Assembly (NCBI RefSeq): GCF_022045235.1
Contig: NW_027266319.1
Span: forward strand, 59,954,001 to 60,018,000
Source: Haliotis cracherodii
Lineage: Eukaryota
DNA: 64,000 nucleotides
Direction of reading: 5' to 3'
A program made the translations under genes and the position numbers. The notes beneath the pieces were generated by a model. The model saw only the letters and a list, made by a program, of their open reading frames with translations, ran no database searches and was not told the DNA's origin. Below, in pieces: positions 12,420 to 25,189 of the stretch. Numbering within the stretch: position 1 is the first letter of the stretch; every line of letters starts with the position of its first letter.

Positions 12420-15219
12420 GAGTGTTATATTAACAGAACCCAGAGAAATTCTCCATGAAACTGTAAAAAACTTAGATCTAGACTTTCCAAAGGATTGTAT
12501 TCGTGGACTGGCATGCAATGTCTGTCAGTAACACTGGAATCAATGTCCGAATCACGAACTAAAGCCGTCACTATTCAGATTCAGGATTACGCATAACATG
12601 CGCTACTCAACATTTGATAGAGATATCGCTTGTACATAATGATTCTAAGACCTGATTTTAATGAGATTGATAATGAAACATCGTGTCCCTATCAAATGTT
12701 GAGTGGTATACTTTCTCGGGGATAACTTGTCGATTGGGAAACTCGGTTATGTTTAATGGTCATTGTCAATGATCACCCGTGGGAGTCTATCTGCTACATC
12801 AACTTGTAACGTTATCTGCACACAATACAAGACGGGGCAGTTTCAGTCGACTTCAGCACTTGTAAACACCCCCGTGTGATCCGCAATAACCCCTGACAAT
12901 ACCTAACACCATAAACCTGTAATTTAACTGTTCCCCCCGTTCTTTCATATAACTGTACGTAAAGGTATCACTTAAACCACGGAAACCCGATCCACCCGAA
13001 CGTCCTTTCAAAGAACAGTCCCTCTGACAATCTAACCATCATCGTTAGAACCACAGTCCGCCTTGATAACATCGCCCTAGTTTGTATAAACTGTCCAAGG
13101 CGAGGTCAGCGGTATCAGCTGGCCGGAATTCCAGCCGCGATCAGCTATTCAACACAAAGGTCCGACTTGACCAAACGGTCATCATCTCATTGCATTGTGG
13201 GTATAAACAAAGCCAGCGCGGACATTGATACCTCTCCTGGCATACCAGCGCTGCCGCCGGTACCCGGAGCTCCGACACTGTGCGGAGATTAGTACCGAGT
13301 AGTCGGAAACAACAGGTCACTTGATTGAAGCTGATTGTTTGAACTTCTAAACCCGTTGTTTACAATGACGCGAGGCCAAACCGCATACACTAGTGCTCGC
13401 ACATAAAAGGAACCATTGTTATCATGGTTAAAGGGTCGTACTTAAAATTTGAATAATAATCGAAATAAAAAGAAATAAATATTAGAATTGTGTTTTTTCT
13501 CAATACTCTGGAACAATTCATTATCCAAAATAACTACAGGCGAAAAGAATCCAGCCCAGACAAATTTGTGCACCAGTAATGTTTATGTGAAAAGGATCCT
13601 TTCTGTTAATCAACGAAACACGAACATACATAATTCTTAATCAAACATTTGAAATATATTCCTTCATACATGCAAGATCTATTTTGGTTCGTATTACAAT
13701 AAATGAGACAAGTTAATCGACTAAACGTAATTCTAAATAATAAAAAACTACTAAATTTTCCCGAAACATCACGGAAAGGTTCGAACGTATCCCTGCCCGC
13801 GTAACTTGAGGCCTGATTATCTGGGCTAAAGCGACGAGCGCGACCAGTTTGATCCTCTCGGCTTTACGACAGCTGGTCAGGCGTGGTGTAGATATAGACT
13901 CATGGGCTAAACATGGCTGATATGGTTAGCTTTAATTACTTGCCTGTGTTGTTTATTATTCTCAAGCGATGAAGGTATTCTAAATGTTGCTCATTCCCAA
14001 AAGTTCACGAAGGTGAAAACTATAAACGAAGCCATGATTTGTAATGAGACTTCAAAATGGGTCGTAACTCGCAGCTCAGTGAAATCCTTTTAATGTGATA
14101 AGAAAACTTTTACGATTTAACACAAAAATACATTTTTAAATGTAAAATTTGACCTACTGTATCCGGGTGGCGCCCTCGTCGATAAAACGTAAAACAAGAT
14201 TTTATTAGCAAAATAAATTTCCAATATTTTCTATTTATTGCCTCGCCGGTTTCACTGTGTCGTTTGTTAGACGGTATTAGATGTCCCGGTAGACACACAG
14301 TAGTTGCTGTTATACCGTTATATCGATTCGTGAAATATCATTGATAAACCCTTCCGCACAATATGTTCTACAACACTGCCCACTTGGGAAGATAAAGCGC
14401 CAGTAAATGTGCATCTTCTTACTCCCACAAGTCGGTTCTCTTTAGCCTAAATATACACCGAGGCGAGCAAGCAAAAAACATCCATTCCATAAACAAAAAA
14501 TGAAAGCTCCTTCGCTTGTCAATGACCCTTCCATTATTGTCCAAGACAAGCGATCGCATGATTTGTTGCAAGGAAGCGAGAACCCTGGTTATAACCAGCG
14601 CTTGGTTATAAAGGGACTATGTTATAACGGTGTGCGGCGGGAAGAGTACTGGACGTGGATCAGCGTGGGGTCGTGATGTCGCAGTCGTGCAGAACGCGGG
14701 GAAGGAAGGCGAAGATTGGGTTATCGTGGTTGCAGCTCCGTTTCTGGTTGTAAGATGCGCCATTCTTGAAGGCGCTGTTGTGGAGTTGGTGAAACCATGC
14801 ACTTTAATTCAATTACAGCGTGTGGAGTAGAATATATTATGAGGACAATCGATGACGTGGTGATGCATAAGGGTCGTTCCGATTGTACAATACTGTATTA
14901 AGTTCGTTTCACAAATGCATGTTGTATATTGAACGCGGTTGTAGAGATAAAAACAGCAGAGTGTTGTCGGCAGTGGTAAGTGGCTTGAATTAAGCTTTCA
15001 TAGTCTCTCGCGTTGATTCTCGTACTTAATAGATACAGGGTACGTCAGGTTTGTTGTCAGAGCCGACTGACATTACGATCGGATGGTGCGTGTGTCGTCA
15101 AAGACAGATGACGTCAATCGTTGCTCATGCTGTCAACCACTGGTTCTGGTTCGAGTGTTGAAGGCAAGTGTGATATATCATGATGTCACAACCACAGCGG
15201 AAAACGGCAGTCATCCCCT

Positions 15220-15680
15220 GACGGGTGGCCCAGAGATTCGCTTTGCAGAGTTGCGTCCCTTGGGCACGCCAGAAACCTATGATCGTGGGTTCGAATCCCG
15301 GTTCGCCCCGATTATGTGTTCTAGGTTTGTCAGCACCATACCCCTGCTCGTGGGTTTCGCCGAAGTGGTAAATGTCTGAGACCTGCATCACTTTGGGCTC
15401 TCCCCCTACATTAAGCTGACACTGGAATACTGTTAAAAGCGACGTTAAACCCAACTCACTCTCTCACTACTTACCTAAAGTATTTCAGAAACCTACCACC
15501 ATGGGTTCGAATCTCAAATTCGCGCTGATTATGCTTCTAGGTTTGTCAGCACCATTGTGTATTTCACCAAAATGAAAAGGTTCTAAGACCTGCATCACAT
15601 CGGGCTTTCTCCCTCTTGAAGCTGACACTCCGTGATGTGACTAAAATATCGTTCAAAGCGGTGTTAACCATAAGTCTCTC
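15220..15680 (+). mobile_element. Family B SINE followed by an older degenerate B copy
   Basis: Young copy to about 15468, then a second GGTTCGAATC...ctaggtttgtcagcacca body from about 15500. Confidence 0.85.
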
Positions 15681-17137
15681 AAAATAACTGACACTGAGTA
15701 ACTAACTCATTCTTGGTAGATGACATTCCTCACATGACATTCTTATCGATTCAATATTGTGAAGAACCTTTGACATTTAATACCACACAGAAACCATCAA
15801 AAGAACGTAGCAATAATATTGTCTAACCAACTTCAAGATATTTGATAAAATAAGCCTTGCTATATATTAATCACAGATTACGTCCAATTCTATCAAGAAC
15901 TATCTCACCAGTGCCATAAACGTGACAGTCTCTTTCAGAGATATCTTTCAATGCTACCAAGTATGGGCTATTTTTTCAGTGTCGGTAAATGTAAGTGCGT
16001 GACTTTAGTTTCACTATTGGTCATTATAAACCGAACACAAATTGACATATCTATTAAGAACCGTTATGCCAGCGAATATCCTCTGTGCCAGGAACTGGGA
16101 GAAGGTCGACTACCCATATCCCTGTACTTTACGATGTTGAGAAGCGATTCTGTAGACAGACCTTTCAACACGATGTCATAAAATGGCTTACGAAGAACCC
16201 TAAACCAGCAAACATCTCTCGTATTGCGTAAGCAAGATGTAAATATTTACATGTTCTTACAACTTTAGAAATAAGCAAAGAGGTAACCAGATTAGCTTAT
16301 GGTACACTAAAGCGCAAGAATATTCTATCTTGAGTTAAAACCGTGCGTATTTCAAGAGCTACAAAGGTGTTACGCCATCTTGTAATTGATTCTTTCGAAG
16401 TATTTAAAGATGTATAACGAGAAACAGGCTTTTGTGATGAAACGTCCCTGCTGCCTAGATTCAGTGGCACCACGTATGCTATGGCGGCGAGCCGTTCTTT
16501 AAATCCCATCACTTTACGATATAGCCAGTGTAAGGAATGGCAGTCCCAGACTGTGTCAACTTTACGGCACCAATGAGACAGTTCTTGATAGAAGCGGACG
16601 TTAATCTGAAATCTTAGCCCGACTCGGCGCAACCCGAAGCTCGATAATCCCCTGAAGACGCCGGATAAACGCGGACGTCTATACGCGCGAGACGCCTGTA
16701 CTCTCAAACACGACGCCGGCTTGAGATGATTTACGTAACAATCGACTAAAGTTGGCTCTGATCACATAGAACCAGCCTCTAATCTGCTTTTATTCGATTC
16801 GAGACAATATTTTGATTGCCCGTCGAGAGCTTGCGTCGCGAGAGACATGTAGAGAATTGTGAGGTCTACCTCATAGTCACCTGACACTGAGCTCCCGAGC
16901 ATTAGTAAATTACGTTTGGATCATGTCGAAAGGTTAGCCCCCCCCGCCCCCCCCCCCCCCCCCCCCCCTCCCGACTTTGAGGATCACAAGTGATATACAC
17001 CAGCGTTGGTTATCGTAAGTTTATATAAGCTTCTGGAAGAAAAGTTGAAGAGATTTTGTGTGGATTATTGGGGAATGAATCTGACCTTGGAACTTGTGGA
17101 TGTCGGGAAAGTTAACGAACTCTTTGTGCCGGATTTC

Positions 17138-17387
17138 CGTACATCCCCGCTTAAGCGCCGGTGTATTCGTTTCGAACGTACTTATATTAGAGTTCTTTCG
17201 GGACAAGCGTCATTTTTTACAAAGGGGGTATTTGCATGCATTTTAAATCGTGTTTTGGTTTAATTGTTCTTCCATCGAACGTTTGACCAAATGTATATTC
17301 AAGGGGTAGGCGTATGTATTGTTGAGAGACGTGCGTCGGTTGACCCGGCGTTTATTTAAGGCGAGCGCTTATTCAAGGATTAACGGC
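17138..17387. mobile_element. Degenerate Tc1/mariner-type MITE
   Basis: Imperfect TIRs ccgtacatccccgcttaagcgc / gcgcttattcaaggattaacgg. Confidence 0.4.
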
Positions 17388-17659
17388 AGGTTGCTGTTTT
17401 TAGAACATAATACGGTCTGTTAGTCTGATAATACGTTGTTACATTCCCTATTAGTCGACAACGGGAACTGTTCGGCTCCAGCAGTCTGTCACCTTTTCTA
17501 ATATCCGGATAGAGGAAAGTATTAGCAAGGCGAAAAGCCGGTTAGAAATAAGTGTTCTGTCCTGCCAGTGTCAACTAATGGTATTATATCAGGGCTTTAC
17601 CTCGATGACACACAGTTAGAGAAACAGAACAGAGAAAGACGTCTTGATGTGAAGGATTG

Positions 17660-17912
17660 GTTTGTTGTTTTACGCCGCACTCAGCAATATTCCAGCTATA
17701 TGACGGCGGTCTGTAAATAATCGAGTCTGGACCAGACAATCCACTGATTGATATCATAAGCATCGATCCACGCAATTGGGATACGATGACATGCATCAAC
17801 CAAGTCAGCGAGCCTGATCACCTGATCCCGTTAGTCGCCTCTCACGACAAGCATAGTCGCCTTGTACGGCAAGTATGGGATGCTGAAGACCTATTCTACC
17901 CCGGATCTTTCC
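17660..17912 (-). mobile_element. Family C element, near full length
   Basis: Reverse-complement match including the duplicated gcttgYcgtaaRaggcgacta module. Confidence 0.9.
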
Positions 17913-18159
17913 ATGTTGTCTATTGGTCGAAGAAGTGAGTGATTAAGTGGGTGAGTGAATGAATAAATGAATGGATGAATGAATGAATGAATGAATGAAT
18001 GACGCCACTTTTCTGTTATATCGCGGTGCGTCCATTTAGCACGAGGGAAGTAAGAAAGTATGCCGGTCGCTGACATTTACCAGTTTGGTACAACCCACGA
18101 GTATGACAGACCAGGATTCTGGGGTTCAATTGTTCGGTTTCTGTCCCTTTCGGACTTTG

Positions 18160-18307
18160 GCGGGTAGCCTAGTGGTTAAAGCGTTCGCTGACCTGGGTTC
18201 GATTCCCCACATGGTTACAATGTGTGAAGCCCATTTCTGGTGTCCCCCGCGTGATATTGCTGGAATATTGCTAAAAGCGACGTAACACCATACTCACTAA
18301 CTCACTC
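18160..18307 (+). mobile_element. Family A SINE with internal deletion
   Basis: A box, B box and tail present. Confidence 0.88.
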
Positions 18308-19096
18308 AAATATCTGGCCTCAATTTTGATAAAAGGTCGCTTTCAGCACATAATTTTAACAACGTTTTCCCTTACTGTTAATTCTATTAAATTGTTCCCG
18401 TATCCGATTGAAGAGATAATAAACCAGTTCGCTCAATAACAAGGCTAGCGAGATCCGCGTGTGTATCACTTGTAACTAGAGCCTTTGGGCCATGGACATG
18501 ATTGGGCGTTATTGCCGAGACACCAATTCTGGGCATGTGATTGTAGTGGTAGCTTAGATAAAGGACATCATATGTTAAAGGCTAGATTAAGATTAGGGTT
18601 ATCGCTATATATCTCTACAGTACTTTCGTGTTTTTGTGGATAGATTGACGATTACATTGGTTGTGTATTCCACTGGTATTTACATACAGTGAGTGTCCCA
18701 TGCTTCTCATACGTTGGAAGCGGGTTCCATTAAAATAAAGAACTCTCCCGGGGATGTAAAATTTGGATCAATCGGATATGGCACGCAAGTATCTGATTGT
18801 GAAATCTTTTATTTCCGGTTTTATGGCTTAAAACGCAACTTTGGAAAATTAATGAATTACATGTGGCTTTGAAAAGTAATTGGTTGATGTTATCGCTGTT
18901 GACACAGGTAAAAGACAATTAACAATATTGACCTCGGCGATATTCAACGCCTCAATTCGGAAACTTCGTTTCACGAGGTGATATCAGATTTGCTTCTATA
19001 GATGCACCCAGTGAGTACTTTGATTTACAGGTAATCGAAGAAAAGTTCCAAAAAAATAATCTACCCGCAAAATAAACTTGGCATGACTTTGGTGAC

Positions 19097-19263
19097 GAGT
19101 GAGTGAGTGAGTGAATTTTACGCGACTTTTAGCAATATTCCAGCAATATATCGGCAGGGGACACCAAAAATGGGCTTCACACATTGTACCCATGTCGGGA
19201 ATCGAACCCGGGTCTTCGGCGTGACGGGCGAACGCTTTAACCACTAGGCTACCCGACCGCCCC
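19097..19263 (-). mobile_element. Family A SINE
   Basis: TSD actttggtgacga. Confidence 0.9.
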
Positions 19264-19607
19264 TACTTTGGTGACGAAATATCAAAACGACGAATGCACC
19301 AACAACTACAAAACGACGCACATTTCTCCATAAACCAGTTGAGGTAATCAACAGATGTGACCGACGTTTTAACTCACTGTTACAGATCGGCAGAACAAGC
19401 CAGTTGATATCAACAATGGAATCTGAACCTTGAATCAGTGTGTGGAATCGAACCTGAGTGTTCAACGTGACGGGCAAACACCTTACCCGCTGCCCTATAT
19501 ACTACCCAGTGTAATGTATTACACCACACACAGGAATGAAACGGACTTCTAAAGCAACCATAGATGTCACCTTTGCAAAGTCGTCTCATAATTTCTTTCC
19601 CGAAACA

Positions 19608-19887
19608 GGTGGCACGGGTCCCTCAGTCGTCTAAGGCGCCGCGATTCGCTGTGCAGAGTCGCGTCCCGTGGGCACGCCAGAAACCCGTGATTGTGGGTTC
19701 GAATCCTGGTTCGCCCCGATTATGTTTCTAGGTTTGTCAGCACCATACCCGTGCTCGTGGGTTTCACCGAAGTGGTAAACGTCTGAGACCTGCATCACTT
19801 CGGGCTTTCCTCCCACATTAAGCTGACACGCCGCGATATAACTGGAATACTGTTAAAAGCTGCGTTAAACCCAACTCACTCACTCAC
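19608..19887 (+). mobile_element. Family B SINE, full length
   Basis: 12-bp TSD ctttcccgaaac at 19595-19606 and 19887-19898. Confidence 0.92.
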
Positions 19888-21659
19888 TTTCCCGAAACTC
19901 CAATGACAGCGTTAGAGAATCCCCCCCCCGCCTCCCCATTTCTTTCAGCTTGTAATTTGACCCAATACAATACAGCTTTGTACCATGTTATCCTGCAATA
20001 ATCATAATTAGTGGGTCCGAAATGATGGCTTGGCGCTCCATAAAAACCAATATAACTTTGTCTCGTGGGGAGTGTGACGAGTCTCGATAATTCCTACACA
20101 GACTATAATAAATCAACAATCAGAGTCACAAACATCGCGACTCCATAATGCGATGCTATCTCACAAGCAGTGTATTGTTAAAACATCCTACAGTGACGGT
20201 TCGTATTTACATAGCCCGATATCAACCCCCCGCTTAAGTTAATGGACGCCAATGCAAGTTTCACACTGTATAATTAAATAGCAACCCAATGCTGTTTACA
20301 GTATACGCCAAAACCAGATGTCTTTTACATGAATGATTCGGAAATCAGTAATATTACGTAATTGGGGCCATGGAGATAATATCAGGTTTATATCCCCCCA
20401 TCATACCGATAAGCATCGTCCCGTCTCCGCCCATAGCATTTGAAATAGACATTAAAGGACGTTTTTCCCTGCTATTGAGTTATGGTGTGTTTTAGCGCAA
20501 AATAACACACTTGAAAACCATCGTTTATTTTTATTGATGGGAGATTAGTTTATTCGTGCGACAGATAACGCATTTGAAACTCTATCGTGTATTTTCTTCA
20601 AAGAAATATTAGTTTATTCTTGCGAAAGACTAACTGTGTTCTGTTTTAAAGTGAGCGTATTGATAATGATATTGTTGCCTTTTGAAAGAACACCATTTTA
20701 AACCCCCTGTGTTTGACAATTACAACCGTAAAAATAATATCGAAACCACATTGTTACACGCGGAATATATAATAATTAATCATACGATTGAAATCATATT
20801 TCCTAACGTTCGTACAGAATTAAGACGCGCCACATTATAACTGATTCGCCATGGAGCTCGGATAATTGCAAAAATGCATCCCTGGGACGTTCATGATGTC
20901 GAGTTTTCGAGCTTGTTGAAATATTTATGCTTCCAGGCAAACTGACCGTTGAAATACCATGCTTTCGCAAGCACCTCAACCGCCCATGAATATTTTATTT
21001 TGATATCTTTAAGCTAATGATACAATCTCCTCCGAAGATATTGTCATATTAACATGTTTTTTTAGATCTTTTGTGTTAATGAATCCACCTCGACACATCA
21101 CATCCCAAGATTATATTTCACGTGAAGCTTTGACTGTGTTAAACATAATATCATAATCTGTAGAATCTAAAGAAAATAATCATCGACTCAGAATCGGTTG
21201 GACAAATAAAGACTGGCGACATGAACAAGAAAATGGAAGCAAATTGGAAAATGTTTTGTTTTATCTTCGTTTTTGTAAAATGCCTGAAACATGAATATTT
21301 GTATACAGAACTGTTTAAGTGAATAAGGCTAAAAAATCGTTATTCTGTAATCACTACGTATTCAAAGACTCATGTTGGTGATTCATTCACAAATACACCA
21401 TAGTCAGTTATGAACAGCACACTAGATTTTCCAAATACAAAATGTCCCGTTAGCATAGAGATCTACATCTAGAAGCTTGACTGTTATAGTATTATAACTG
21501 ACTGTACACATACTGTCAAACATTGATTCTTTTACCCTGGGAGAGTGATGCTCTTTGAGATGCATGTTATAACTAACCCAATGAAACATGGCGAGTGGCC
21601 TTGTAGCTGAGGTTTTAGCTTGTCTCGCATATTATCCGAGTTCGATGCCCTTAATTGCC

Positions 21660-21892
21660 AGACCGCTTCCGTGGTCTTGAGGTAGAGCGTCCGCCCGGGG
21701 TTCGATCCCCGCGTCATACCAAAAGACGTTAAAAGATGGTACTTGTTGTTACCCTGTCTGGGGCTAAAACAAGGACTGGTCGGCTCGGATTCAGTATACT
21801 GTGTCTGATTGGGGTATTCATGTTAAACTGCGGCATGGTATCTCAGTGAGCTAGCACTATAAATCGTCATCAGTCCGGACTAGTACAAGCAG

Positions 21893-21942
<50 letters not shown>

Positions 21943-22005
21943 ATGCATGTCGCTATATAAGTGCAATATTCTTGGACGCGACGTTAAACCCAATTTCACC
22001 TCACC
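21660..22005 (+). mobile_element. Family D tRNA-derived SINE with Meta/MESC-like core
   Basis: GGTAGAGCG and GGTTCGATCC boxes; core cataccaaaagacgttaaaagatggtacttgttg resembles the Meta/MESC domain (recognised from memory); internal (CA)n; stem-loop tail. Confidence 0.7.
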
Positions 22006-22902
22006 TCTTCCTAATTGCCCCACACTATACACCGAGATGCAGTCGACATCTTATTGCTGCACTAATGCTGCAATGGATACATTATTATCGAAAGTAAAAT
22101 GTTTGATGCTATGTTAACTCTGCTGTCAAAGATTGTTCCATCATCAGCATCATCCGTGATGTTGTGTATCTATAATGCGACACCGAACTAGGAAAATGCC
22201 TTAAAATCTCAAATAAATATCGGCATGTCGACCAAAGGCACACTTATTAATCCATAAATAGATGCAACGCGTGAGCCCATCATTCATATGTCACCCGGAA
22301 ACATTCAAACATAACAAATGTGTAATTCACAATGAAGATGAATGACAATTATGGGTCGTTTGATCAGTCGCATCAATTATTAACTCTCAAAACCCGGATA
22401 CTTTTTTTTTCAAAGCGCGTAAACTCCTGGCCACGTTAAAGGGTTAAAACGCTCTTTGGAATGCTGGCGATAAAACGAACTTCTTAAGCCACTAAAAACA
22501 TGGCGGCACTGAATAAAACATGAAGCGAAATTTATTGACCGAAACGTTTAATATTTCTTCATTAGTATGACACGTGGACCGGCCAAGACACGAGCTGATA
22601 GTGCGACCGGCTAAGACACGACCTGATTGTGTCTCGACCACATGGTAACATGGCGAGCGGAGACGTGGTGGTAACCGCCAACCTCCTTAACGCTGGTAGG
22701 TTACTGTAATACATCATTGACACAGAACGTTCGCTGTATCCTCAACCAGTCCCATAAATACATGTCAGGGAGTCCATATCGCTATCCACACAACGTTGAT
22801 AAAAGCCCGAGACGGAGCACGGGAAGCTCACACGTCTAAACGCTGCAATTCGCTTTAAAAAAAAGTGCGTCTTTCAGGCGGTCGTGCGTTTAAATCCCAG
22901 AT

Positions 22903-23030
22903 GACCGTCTCCGTGGTCTAGTGGATAGAGCGTCTGCCCGGAGACCGGGAGGTCGGTGGTTCGGATCCCGGTTGCGCCAAACCAAAAGAAGTTGGAAGAT
23001 GGTACTTGTTGTTACCCCGAGTGACTGACA
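22903..23030 (+). mobile_element. Family D SINE 5' fragment
   Basis: gaccgtctccgtggtctagtggatagagcg...accaaaagaagttggaagatggtacttgttg. Confidence 0.7.
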
Positions 23031-23671
23031 GCATGAGCTAACGATCCATGCAGGCGGGGCACGATGACCCAATCAACCAGGTTACACGGCAACCATCCAA
23101 TCCCCATTAACCGGCTCTCCCAAGTATAGTGCGCAGGAAACCTATTCCAACCCCGACGGTGTACATTTAATAAAATATTAATATGATCATATTAAATAAT
23201 AATAGTCAGGGTGAGTGAGAAATGCAGGACAATCAAATATGGCGTCATGACCACGTGGCAACAGCTTAAGTGCACGTTGCCCGCACGGAGATATAGCCAC
23301 GTGGTACTGAGATAAACTGGCAGATTTATTTTCAATGTGTCGCAACCTTTGCATTTCCTGATAACACCGGCGATATAATCATTTCTGCAGCTCAAAGGAG
23401 AGTCAAATGATGAAAGACGGGGCAAAATTAAAACGAACCGTAAATAGATGCTTCACAGACCGTTCTTGTTTCTGGTGTTTACCGGGGGTATTACGCCGGG
23501 GGTCGGTGAAAGGATGCTTATATATTGTCACCTGACTCACGGGGTGTTTTCTACCATCTTATGATACGCGCTTATTACATTGATTAGTTTCAGTTGAAAG
23601 CGATATGTGAGCAAGGGAAAAAGTAGCGATGTTGTATTTGTGCAACATTTTTGCTTGACGAGATTGATTGA

Positions 23672-24400
23672 TTCAGTATCGTTTTACGCCGCTTTTTGCA
23701 ATATTCCAGCACTATCACGGCAGGGGGACACCAGAAATGGGCATCACACATTGTACCCATGTCGGGAATCGAACCCGGGTCTTCGAGCGAACGCTTTAAC
23801 CACTAGGCTACTTCTTGAGAGGATCGGTGGACAGAGCGGCCGTCAGATAGAGTTTGTGTGTTTGTTGTTTAACGCCGCACTCAGCAATATTCCATATATA
23901 TGACGGCAGTCGGCCAAAAATCGAGCCTGGACCAGACAATCCAGTGATTGACATCATGAGCATCGACCAAGGTAATTGGGATACGATGACATGCATCAAC
24001 CAAGCCAGCGAACCTGACCACCCAATCTCTTAGTCGTCTCGTACTACAAGCATAGTCGCTTTTTACGGCAAGACTGGGTTGCTGAAGACCTATTCTAGAC
24101 GACAAACGTGTCACTGTACAAAGTATACAAACTGGAGCCCAGAGAAGGATATTCAGTTTAAACTTTACTTTTTGTTTGTTCGTTTGATGTTTGATACCAC
24201 ATTCAGCAACGTTCCAGCTATGTTTGTGACGGCGATCTGTAAACAATCGAGTCTGAACCAGACAATCCAGTGATTGACATCATGAGCATCGATCTTCGCA
24301 AATGGGATCCGATGACACGCAGTAAGCCGAGCCTGACCACAAGGTCCGTTTCATAATCGCCTGTTATGACCAGCATAGATTGCTGAGGACCCGGATCTGC
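23672..24400 (-). mobile_element. Cluster of one family A SINE and two family C copies
   Basis: A at about 23672-23810; C at about 23855-24100 and 24172-24400. Confidence 0.85.
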
Positions 24401-24760
24401 GACGATGATCGGTACTCCAGAAACTGTCATATTCCCGCAGTTACTGACATAAAATCACTCCGGATGTGTCGAAATGTATTATGCGAAACATCAGCTATGT
24501 CCAACCAGATGAAAACACCCACAGACTGTGCTAATTAATTTTAGTTGAAATTTGATTAAAATGGACTTTGATATTCGACCTGAATATTGTCCTGCCTGAC
24601 GCGGAGACATCATTACGACATAATTCGGTCTACTTAGAGGTAGGGATGTGGTTCGACGAGGGAATTCGAGACAGATGTATATGGAGATTTTAATAGTTAA
24701 ATTGTTGTTCAAAGTTGCAAATGTGTCCATAAAGACATCCAAAACAGCCCCAAAAGGGAA

Positions 24761-24955
24761 GACCCATGAAGATCCGGGTTAGAATAGGTCTTCAATAACC
24801 CATGCCTTCCGTAAGAGGCGAAGCATGTCATGGATCCCAATGGCGTGGATCGATGCTCATGATCAGCCACTGGATTGTCTGGTCCAGATTCGATTATTTA
24901 CAGACCGCCGTCATATAGCTGGAATATTGCTGAGTGCGGCGTTAAACAACAAACT
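24761..24955 (+). mobile_element. Family C element with internal deletion
   Basis: Starts gacccatgaagatccgggttagaataggtcttc; ends gcggcgttaaacaacaaac. Confidence 0.88.
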
Positions 24956-25189
24956 ATCCTCCCACAGAGGGAAAAAGTCAACCATGTCGGATGATTCGTT
25001 CAGTAAACACTCATCCAGACAGAGCAAGCTATTAGCGGGCCTCAGATATCAGTGTGTTGCCCCTGCAACAGGTATGCCCAGCGTGCCTCCCAGTGAACCG
25101 TACTTCCAAGGCTGCTCACATTACGCTACGTCAAACACAGCCTGCCTCGCGATGTCAAACGCGGTCCCGCATATACGCAAATAATAGTG

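Noticed and set aside
16297-16707. 136-aa ORF
   Set aside because: No recognisable domain or codon bias; likely chance in a CpG-rich stretch.
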